IMG/VR virus record: IMGVR_UViG_3300020193_000012
DNA length: 64,000 nt
Direction: 5' to 3' (one strand)
DNA from: an uncultured virus (IMG/VR IMGVR_UViG_3300020193_000012)
Lineage: Duplodnaviria; Heunggongvirae; Uroviricota; Caudoviricetes
Shown here: piece by piece, positions 56,612-64,000 of the stretch
Layout: every line of letters starts with the position of its first letter
How positions within the stretch are numbered: the first letter of the stretch is position 1
The notes under the pieces: generated by a model
Database searches by the model: none
Told to the model about the DNA's origin: nothing
The model's input: the letters and a program-made list of their open reading frames with translations, nothing else
Translations under genes and position numbers: made by a program

Positions 56612-56881
56612 TTAATCAGCAGGTAACATTTCTGGATTTTCCAGTTCAACTTCAAACATCAGAGGATGACACTGCTCATCAATCAAATAGAATGACGTTC
56701 TGTATAAATCTTCTGGTTCGTATCGTCTTTCGTTGTCTGCTGCTTCCAGAATTTCAGGATCATAGATGTAACTGTCTGGAAGTTCATCAAAAGTAAATGG
56801 AACGTGATTTATGAAATACATTAAGACAATCATCGTGCCTTTATTGTACCAGCAATAAGCTGTATCAATACGGTATTTCAT
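56612..56881 (-). CDS. Hypothetical cyanophage-type protein (89 aa)
   Basis: ORF between the tRNAs with AGGAG RBS and TAAATA at 56903-56908. Confidence 0.8.
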   Translation of the reverse strand: MKYRIDTAYCWYNKGTMIVLMYFINHVPFTFDELPDSYIYDPEILEAADNERRYEPEDLYRTSFYLIDEQCHPLMFEVELENPEMLPAD

Positions 56882-56929
56882 AGGACTTCTCCTACTTTTG
56901 TCTATTTAGAGGTTAATTTAAACCCCTAA

Positions 56930-57004
56930 TAGGCGGAGCGGGATTCGAACCCGCACTGTACAAATTTTAAGTTTGGTGTCTCCTGCCAGTTGGACTACCC
57001 GCCC
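56930..57004 (-). tRNA. trnL: tRNA-Leu (anticodon TAA), short variable loop
   Basis: Anticodon loop CTTAAAA; T arm GCGGG-TTCGAAT-CCCGC; discriminator A. Confidence 0.85.
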
Positions 57005-57013
57005 ATAAAAAAC

Positions 57014-57217
57014 TTACGCTTCGTAAGTAGTAGGATTATACTTGATAAACTCCCAGAATGTCAACTTCATTTCTTTTTGTGACATTCCACAGTGCTTTGC
57101 TGCTTTGGGGAGATTCCACTTTGCCGAAAAGAGTGCTTCATTTGCCTCTTTTACATTTTCTGGAGTGGTTTTGACTGGTTCTTCTTTAAGGTCTTTATAT
57201 GAAATTTTATAAACCAT
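57014..57217 (-). CDS. Small HTH-like hypothetical protein
   Basis: WNLPKAAKHCGMSQKEM pattern. Confidence 0.7.
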   Translation of the reverse strand: MVYKISYKDLKEEPVKTTPENVKEANEALFSAKWNLPKAAKHCGMSQKEMKLTFWEFIKYNPTTYEA

Positions 57218-57279
57218 ACTTTTCAAAAAAGTAATAGGGGTAAATTTTTGCCGGGATTTTTTTCCCCGAAAAATGGAAC

Positions 57280-57462
57280 TTAAAGTGGATTTGCGTATGA
57301 GAGTGTCTCTTCATCCACTGTAGCACGAACGAACTCTAGAACGTTCATAAACTCATCAACAGTATCACAAGTCACTTGCTTCTCTGAACCTTCACTAGAG
57401 TACAGGTACACTGTACGCTTGATAGGGTCCACCACGCAACGTGAGAGGTACTCGTCTTGCAT
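57280..57462 (-). CDS. Hypothetical protein (60 aa)
   Basis: ORF behind a sigma70 promoter. Confidence 0.75.
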   Translation of the reverse strand: MQDEYLSRCVVDPIKRTVYLYSSEGSEKQVTCDTVDEFMNVLEFVRATVDEETLSYANPL

Positions 57463-57487
57463 TCGGTCGTCCGTTGATTACCCATGT

Positions 57488-57516
57488 ATCATAGCACGGT
57501 CAGGGGCGGGTGTCAA
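57488..57516 (-). promoter_or_regulatory. Sigma70-type promoter for the tRNA region
   Basis: TTGACA-N17-TATGAT. Confidence 0.8.
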
Positions 57517-58187
57517 GTGTTAATATTGTACTCTTTATTGTCCCCTGGGTAGTCATATGTAGATTGTCCTTCATATTCAACAATTAATTTTTCGCCATCA
57601 AGTCTTTCACCATGAACCAAATAGTAACAATCAATTGCAGCAGCACCCCCAGACTTAATAATAATTCCTGTTCCCCACTCCACCTTATCAACAATCAAGT
57701 CTTGCGATGAACCAATTTGAGTAAGAGTTACTGTAATTGTTTCTGGATCTACAAAACCAACCCAGTACTCTGGTAAGTAAATTATATTACTATTTTTTAA
57801 TCTACCCCTAAAATAAACGGCATTTTCTGGTCCTTCCAAACAAGTGTGGCGAAGTCTCCATCCAGATTTATTTGGATGTGATATATCAAAGTTCTTTTTA
57901 CTGGATAACCTATGACCAGCACCACTGACATCTCCACTAATATTAATCTGACCAGATCCAATAATATCTTGATTTACTCGTAATGAATCTATTTGTGCTG
58001 TTTGGTGATAATAAGGTGGGCAAGCATCTTCAGGGTATGTTTCTTCATCAGCATTATTTTTAAAAATATAAGAGTAAAGAGTTGACGGAACTCCCCATGC
58101 TTGTCTGTCGGTACAGTCAGGTTCTCCCGTTGACGGAATAAACTCTCCTGGAAATTCTACATCTTCCGGTTGTCCTGGTGCTGGCAT
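57513..58187 (-). CDS. Baseplate-region protein, paralogue of 58886-59653
   Basis: KNFDISHP.K.GWRLRHTCLEGPE..VYFRGR...DYPGDN. Confidence 0.8.
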   Translation of the reverse strand: MPAPGQPEDVEFPGEFIPSTGEPDCTDRQAWGVPSTLYSYIFKNNADEETYPEDACPPYYHQTAQIDSLRVNQDIIGSGQINISGDVSGAGHRLSSKKNFDISHPNKSGWRLRHTCLEGPENAVYFRGRLKNSNIIYLPEYWVGFVDPETITVTLTQIGSSQDLIVDKVEWGTGIIIKSGGAAAIDCYYLVHGERLDGEKLIVEYEGQSTYDYPGDNKEYNINT

Positions 58188-58202
58188 TTATTTAATCTCC
58201 TA

Positions 58203-58886
58203 TTAAAAACTCAACCAAAGATCTGGATGCGGTAAAGATTGATGATATAAGTTATACCCTGGTTTGAGGCACAACTTGATATCTCCAGCAATCACATACC
58301 TATCTCCATTATTTTCTTTCTTTAGTGTGGAGTGTTGAAGTCTACTTGGAAAAAGAACAACAGTTCCTTCTTGTGGCGTAATTGTATAAACATTACAATT
58401 ATATCTATTATACTTTTTAATCATATTAAAATTTTTACCAGTCTCAAAAAGAGCACCAGCAACTTCATTCATGTTATCGAGTGTATGAACACAAAATTTG
58501 TCTGATGTTTCATCAGAAGAAATATAATAACAGAATGAAATGTCAGCACCATTATGTGAGTGCATATTCAACTGAGGAATATTTTTATTATGATACCCAA
58601 TCCACGCTTTAGTAAAATTGATGTTCAGTTTCTCATGATCAACTTCAAGCAAATCCAAATATTTAATTACGCTTTGCTTAATTGAATTAAAAATTGAAAA
58701 ATATTTTTCATTTAGGTGTAAGGAACACTTTCCAGAATTTTCTGGAGTTTCGTGTATCCACTCTCCTTTTTGGTTTGTTTTATACCAAAGATTTTTCAAT
58801 TCATCAAGATTATTTTTTTTAAATTCTTCATGAATTTCAACTTCATCTTGTACTACTACGGTTGGAAAAACCTCATGTACTTTCAT
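58203..58886 (-). CDS. 2OG-Fe(II) oxygenase-fold protein (HxH type)
   Basis: AW...MHSH...ISFCYY, PQEGTVVLFPSRLQH, RYVIAG. Confidence 0.8.
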   Translation of the reverse strand: MKVHEVFPTVVVQDEVEIHEEFKKNNLDELKNLWYKTNQKGEWIHETPENSGKCSLHLNEKYFSIFNSIKQSVIKYLDLLEVDHEKLNINFTKAWIGYHNKNIPQLNMHSHNGADISFCYYISSDETSDKFCVHTLDNMNEVAGALFETGKNFNMIKKYNRYNCNVYTITPQEGTVVLFPSRLQHSTLKKENNGDRYVIAGDIKLCLKPGYNLYHQSLPHPDLWLSF

Positions 58887-59653
58887 TATAAACCATTAAT
58901 ATTATATTCCCTATTATCTCCTGGATAGTCATCAGGTGTCAAGCCCTCATACTCTGGGATTAATCTGTCTCCATCTGCTCTTGTTCCATAAATGTGGAAG
59001 AAGCAGTCAATTGGCATTCCCCCATGGGATTGAAGATGGACTTTTTCTTCATCAATTCTTTTTACAATTACATTTTGATGAGATCCAACAGGTGTTAAAT
59101 TGACAGTAATTGTCGTCCAATCAACTAATTTTTTCCAGTATGTTGGAAGAATAATCTCTTTCCTATTCGTAACTCTTCCTCTATAATAAACGTCGTTTGA
59201 TGGACCTTCTGGGCAGGTATGGCGTAGTCTCCACCCTTCTTTTGTTGGGTGAGGAATATCAAAATTCTTTTTAGCAGAAAGAATGTGTGTATTGCAGAGA
59301 GAACGAACATCTCCACCAGCAATAATATCTCCACCTGCTTGGACTCTAAAATTAACGTCAAGATTTCCCATCACAGCAGCATTATCTGAAACACATAATG
59401 CGTATGGATTGCTCACTGGCAAACACAATGCTCCAGGAACAAATGGTGGAACAACATCTGGATCACTATTTGCTAGCGGTCCAATCATGACAGTAGCATA
59501 TGCAGTTGGAAAATGTGTAGGGGATCCAAAAACTACTGGACCCTCAGCACACATCGATCCATTAATTTTTTTGTCTCCCTCTCCTATAGAGGGGGCAATT
59601 GCCGTACCAACCTTAAGTTGTCCGCCAATATTCATATCTGGAAAATCAGCCAT
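58886..59653 (-). CDS. Baseplate-region protein (255 aa)
   Basis: KNFDIPHPTKEGWRLRHTCPEGP domain. Confidence 0.8.
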   Translation of the reverse strand: MADFPDMNIGGQLKVGTAIAPSIGEGDKKINGSMCAEGPVVFGSPTHFPTAYATVMIGPLANSDPDVVPPFVPGALCLPVSNPYALCVSDNAAVMGNLDVNFRVQAGGDIIAGGDVRSLCNTHILSAKKNFDIPHPTKEGWRLRHTCPEGPSNDVYYRGRVTNRKEIILPTYWKKLVDWTTITVNLTPVGSHQNVIVKRIDEEKVHLQSHGGMPIDCFFHIYGTRADGDRLIPEYEGLTPDDYPGDNREYNINGL

Positions 59654-59664
59654 TTTTCAGTCCT

Positions 59665-60420
59665 CTATACTTGATTGTTCTTTTCAACATCGCGTTTTCC
59701 TCCATTCTTAGCATCTTTCACTGCACACGAATCATCAACTCCTTTAAAAATAGAACCATACATTTTTAAAATACTGTTCGCAATCACTTCTCCCGTCCCC
59801 GCACTTACTATTTTATAAGTAACCTTGGTATCGACAAGAAATTTCTTAGAATCAACAGTAACATTTTCAGTTGCTGTCATTCTAATATTTCCTTTGCTTC
59901 CACCTTCCCCAGTAGCAATGAGTTCAATATCTTTTGCTTCTAGTCTAATTTTACCATTTGAAGCTACAATAAGTATATTACCATTTTTTGTGTTTATCAT
60001 CAAGCTGTCTTGAGCTTCTTTGTTATCAGACCCAGCTTCCATCTGGATATTTCCAGGTGCTGTTATGGTCGTCCAACCTTTTCTTTGCCCATCTTTATCC
60101 ATAAAGAAAGAATGTCTTGCATCAGAAGACTGAAGCATGACTGCAGAAGTTACATCACCTTGTTGATGAATACCACCAAGAGTTAGTGATCCATGGTCAT
60201 TTCCATACCTAATAGCAGTATAATTCTGCTTAGCAGTATCTGTAGGAAGTCTTGAGGAAGCAAAGTCAGAAGCAGCAGCAACAATATTTCCTGCTGAATC
60301 AATAACATTTCCAGCAGCATCTAAAACATTACCAGTATTTTCTAATAGTCCAGCAATGTCATCTGTTGAAAGGGCACCCTCTTTTACTCTATCGTTATTA
60401 CAATTACTTGATACTGCCAT
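59665..60420 (-). CDS. Baseplate hub/spike-like beta-helix protein (gp5 C-terminal-like, 251 aa)
   Basis: Repeated short beta strands (GNILIVASNGKIRLEAKDIELIA); late promoter 60444-60449. Confidence 0.65.
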   Translation of the reverse strand: MAVSSNCNNDRVKEGALSTDDIAGLLENTGNVLDAAGNVIDSAGNIVAAASDFASSRLPTDTAKQNYTAIRYGNDHGSLTLGGIHQQGDVTSAVMLQSSDARHSFFMDKDGQRKGWTTITAPGNIQMEAGSDNKEAQDSLMINTKNGNILIVASNGKIRLEAKDIELIATGEGGSKGNIRMTATENVTVDSKKFLVDTKVTYKIVSAGTGEVIANSILKMYGSIFKGVDDSCAVKDAKNGGKRDVEKNNQV

Positions 60421-60455
60421 GAGTATGAATTATTTTATATTACTATTTAATAAAA

Positions 60456-63400
60456 CTAGATAAGGTTCTCTGGAGTTCCTGGAATATTAAGTCTTGGATT
60501 GTTACTATTAGTGTCAGTACCCTGGCGTAGGATAGCAGAAGGTCTAGTAACAACCTGAGCATCAATACTCTCCTGCAGAGTGTCATATACTTGCACAAGT
60601 TCTCCAGGAGTTTCATAAAATCCAGCATAACGAATTCCATCTTTATAGAACACAGCGCCAAAATATGCTCTACCGTCAACATATCCAGTCTGTTTTAAAC
60701 CGACTAAATCTGTAACTTGAATAAGTTTTGCTGTGTCTTCCACGATTGGGTCTCTAACAACTTCAAACTGAGGTCTAAACTTGGCATTAACACCAGTATC
60801 AGTAACCATTGTTATATCTGGATAAGATGTAAAACCAAGACCAGGATTTAGAACATTTACGGATCTAATTCTACCAAAACTATCACAATCATAACTTAAG
60901 ACCGCTCCGTTACTTGGAGTAATTTGTATTTCATCTACTCCACAATTATGATTTATTCCAGGATTTTCCACAATAACTGACTTTAATCTCAGTGTAACTG
61001 GATATGTGGAAACAGTTGCTGGAGGAACGTTATTTGGGAGTGATGGATTTCCATTTCCTGGGTCGTCAACAATAACCTCAGTAATTACACCCTTACCGCG
61101 TACTATTTTGGGACAAGGGGGAGGAATAAGAATTGCAGATATTCCAATTGGATTTTCTAACCAGGATCTCGATGTTCCAGATGCTTTATTAACAGGAACC
61201 GTTATTGATGCGGCAAAGACAATAGGGTTGGTTTCAAAAGTGCTCTCATTATTTCCTGGAATATTATAAATTTCCATTTCAATCTGCCTTTTGCCTTTGG
61301 TAGTATTAAAATTAAAAGTTCTTACTCCTTGAAATACTTCTGCTTTACCAATTTCAATACCATCAAGTCTAACAATAACATAATCATCAGCCTCTGCTTT
61401 TAAAGTATATTGTCCATCAACTGGAAAATCGACATTATCCCACCGTAAAGTCCATGTTTTATCCATATTATTAGCACGATAATCTTTATCGTCAGTAAAA
61501 GCAGGAGTTAAAAAGGGTCCTAAAGTACCATTTCTATAAGATGCAAGTGTTGGACCAGTATAAGAAACACCACCTTTCTTAGTACCACTAGATAATCCAC
61601 CACCTGTTGTTTGTGATGTTATTTGTGCGTTCCCAATATTTGAAATCGTGATTTTAATATTTTCATCATCACCATCATCATCACGGATACCTAATCTATT
61701 ACTAGAATTTATGATAGGACCTCTTGTTCCAGCACTTGCGCCGATTATTTCTATTGGACCATACAATTTACCGGCAGTAAATTTACCGGTTCCTTTTGCA
61801 CTATCTTCTTGTTTCGTCACATCTCTCTTTAATGAAATTGATTTATCATCAGTTGGTATTAAAACTTCTTTTGCAGCCATACCAAAAAGATATGGATTAT
61901 CGTTAACATCCATAATAAAGGTTATTTCTGCTGATCCATTTCCTGTTACATCCAAATAAAATCCTGATCCGTTTTTAACAAATTTTGCTTTTACATCTGA
62001 TGCGGTCGTAGCAGCAGATGATGTTTGCGAAACAACCCAATCTTTAGTATCAAAAACTTTTTGTTCAATCTTAGTAAAAAGTTGTGTTTTTTCATTTTCA
62101 ATTTCAACTTCTATAGAATGCATTCCTTTAGTTAAAAATATTTTATTTGTCTTAGGATTTTCTGTGGAAAATCCATCAAGTCCAACATTACTACCAGCAA
62201 CTCTTCTAAAAGAAAGTCCCCCACCTCTAGCAACCTCTCGCCCGTCAATAAGAATTCTTCCACCATTATCAACAGTTCCTTTTAAGGCATAAAATCCATC
62301 ATAAGGAATGTCTAATTTCCAAGAGTTTCGATAGATAATTCCACCACCATCAGAGTCTACTTGGGATAGTGGGAGAATTGGAGATATTGCATAACGATTC
62401 ATAAACTGGCTCCAGCGAGTGGGATCAAATCTCACCGGTATCCATTTATTAGCAGATCCAGGAAATCTGGTAGTCCAGATTGGATTGTTTGGACATCTAC
62501 CTTCTTGTTGCACAATCGGTTCTTGTGGAACTGGAGGTAATGGAGCATCAATAACAAGTGCAGTTCCCATTGGATTTTCGTTCCATGATTTTGGTGAGAT
62601 AACCTCTTCCACTACACCAGAAGATTCTATATTAATGGCAAGTGCCATTGGATTTGATCCTTTAATTCCGGAAAATGCAAACACTCCACCAGGAATTTGT
62701 TCCAGATCAGCAATTATTTTATACTTCCCTCTAGTAAATGCTCTAGTTTCTAAAGACTTTCCAGTTGATTGACCAGAATTATTAAATCCATTCTTTTCAA
62801 TTACAATTTCTCCACCAGAACCCTGAAAAGTAAGAACTACACTATCATCTACCTCTATTTCAATATTGTAATTTCCATCAACGGGAAAATCTACATTGTC
62901 CCAGACTATTCTGTGCGTACCTGCATATGGATTATCTTTTAGTTCAACAGTTGTATCAAAAGGAGATATTCCATACTCATTTATAAATCCACCTCTACCA
63001 TAAACATTACATCTCCACAATTGTCTATCAGCTTTTTGAATATAATCAACGGTATTAAAGACCCTAGATACTTTTTGAGACTCTGTAGAAGAAGATGTAA
63101 TATTTGACGATTCATCTAATAGGAATGTCAAATCATAAGTGCTTCTACCACTATTCGCGGTTCTTTTATTTTTAGATTCAAAAGTTCCAGAACTTGATGT
63201 AATTTGCATATCATTATTATCATTTGCTGATGCAATATAATCAGCAAATATTTTATTTGAAGTTCCTACACCACCCTCTTTATTTTTCTTACCATTCTTA
63301 ACAATACCCTGTTCAACATCACCTCCAGTGGCTATTGCGGTAACTTTATATTTTACATTTGGTTTTACCTTAATAGTTTCATTTCTACTTTCTTTACTTT

Positions 63401-64000
63401 TTTTATTTCCTTTTAGTAAAAAGGAATGAGATCCATCCTCAGAAATAAAAGAAAATTTTAAAGTTTCGGTACGTTTACCCTGACCGAAAACATTAAAGTT
63501 AACATCAACTAATCCATTAGGTTCTTGAATTATAGCTTTTTCAGTAATTGGAATGTTATATAAGTCAACTCTAATTCTATGAACTCCTTCAGTAATGGTT
63601 TTTTTCAACTTATCTGGTGGATGATCTTTTCTAAATTCGGAAGTTGAAAACAAAAGTTGATTATCAAGATAAATTTTCGCCAGATTATCTGCCATACCTC
63701 GGAAAGTATATTCACCATCATATGGAAATTCTTTTTCCCATTCCATCGTAAAGGTGATTCCAGCAAAATCAGTTCCCGAAACATCTGAAGGAGGAACTGG
63801 AGAAATGGCATGACGGTTCATAAAACTATCAGCAATATCATCAAAGTTCCACTCTCCTGGAGTATTTTGCCCCCATCCAGGATGCTTTACGTCATGCTTA
63901 ACTCTTGTGGTTCTAGTGAGAGAAGTCACAGATAAAGGAACTTCTGTTCTAGTGGTCCACCATCTTTTGATGGTATTATCGGAAGAATTAACTCTTGCTC
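60456..64000 (-). CDS. Large baseplate-region virion protein with repeated PA14-like domains, 5'-partial
   Basis: Four W..V.FP.DG.Y......D.......DG...G.H.I.V..N-type modules; frame stays open from 63929 to the window edge. Confidence 0.8.
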   Translation of the reverse strand, partial: ARVNSSDNTIKRWWTTRTEVPLSVTSLTRTTRVKHDVKHPGWGQNTPGEWNFDDIADSFMNRHAISPVPPSDVSGTDFAGITFTMEWEKEFPYDGEYTFRGMADNLAKIYLDNQLLFSTSEFRKDHPPDKLKKTITEGVHRIRVDLYNIPITEKAIIQEPNGLVDVNFNVFGQGKRTETLKFSFISEDGSHSFLLKGNKKSKESRNETIKVKPNVKYKVTAIATGGDVEQGIVKNGKKNKEGGVGTSNKIFADYIASANDNNDMQITSSSGTFESKNKRTANSGRSTYDLTFLLDESSNITSSSTESQKVSRVFNTVDYIQKADRQLWRCNVYGRGGFINEYGISPFDTTVELKDNPYAGTHRIVWDNVDFPVDGNYNIEIEVDDSVVLTFQGSGGEIVIEKNGFNNSGQSTGKSLETRAFTRGKYKIIADLEQIPGGVFAFSGIKGSNPMALAINIESSGVVEEVISPKSWNENPMGTALVIDAPLPPVPQEPIVQQEGRCPNNPIWTTRFPGSANKWIPVRFDPTRWSQFMNRYAISPILPLSQVDSDGGGIIYRNSWKLDIPYDGFYALKGTVDNGGRILIDGREVARGGGLSFRRVAGSNVGLDGFSTENPKTNKIFLTKGMHSIEVEIENEKTQLFTKIEQKVFDTKDWVVSQTSSAATTASDVKAKFVKNGSGFYLDVTGNGSAEITFIMDVNDNPYLFGMAAKEVLIPTDDKSISLKRDVTKQEDSAKGTGKFTAGKLYGPIEIIGASAGTRGPIINSSNRLGIRDDDGDDENIKITISNIGNAQITSQTTGGGLSSGTKKGGVSYTGPTLASYRNGTLGPFLTPAFTDDKDYRANNMDKTWTLRWDNVDFPVDGQYTLKAEADDYVIVRLDGIEIGKAEVFQGVRTFNFNTTKGKRQIEMEIYNIPGNNESTFETNPIVFAASITVPVNKASGTSRSWLENPIGISAILIPPPCPKIVRGKGVITEVIVDDPGNGNPSLPNNVPPATVSTYPVTLRLKSVIVENPGINHNCGVDEIQITPSNGAVLSYDCDSFGRIRSVNVLNPGLGFTSYPDITMVTDTGVNAKFRPQFEVVRDPIVEDTAKLIQVTDLVGLKQTGYVDGRAYFGAVFYKDGIRYAGFYETPGELVQVYDTLQESIDAQVVTRPSAILRQGTDTNSNNPRLNIPGTPENLI

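Noticed and set aside
1..64000. Stop-codon reassignment
   Set aside because: TAA, TGA and TAG all end genes and long ORFs tile the minus strand under the standard code; only one isolated internal TAA seen

Overview
64 kb of a large T4-like cyanomyovirus-type (Kyanoviridae-like, probably freshwater) phage genome. It is AT-rich and almost entirely encoded on the minus strand. Reading in the direction of transcription (64000 to 1): baseplate/hub-region structural genes; two tRNAs (Leu-UAA, Thr-UGU); an HNH-like nuclease and a Mom-like DNA-modifying acetyltransferase; two very large virion proteins; then a ~40 kb hypervariable tail-fibre/adhesin island. The island holds many short fibre segments, five paralogous Gly/Pro-rich adhesin-like proteins and three double beta-propeller (Kelch-like) proteins. 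These are interleaved with four sulfotransferases, six 2OG-Fe(II) oxygenase-fold genes (a seventh lies at 58 kb), two glycosyltransferases and a carbamoyltransferase. The window ends in small early-type hypothetical genes. Three free-standing GIY-YIG-like endonuclease genes are present. Best novelty candidates: (1) a covarying non-coding module upstream of two endonucleases (late promoter, short RNA complementary to the nuclease 5' UTR, terminator, second late promoter); (2) a possible virion-protein decoration system (hydroxylation, glycosylation, sulfation, carbamoylation) tied cassette by cassette to receptor-binding proteins. All calls come from reading motifs by eye; no database searches were run.
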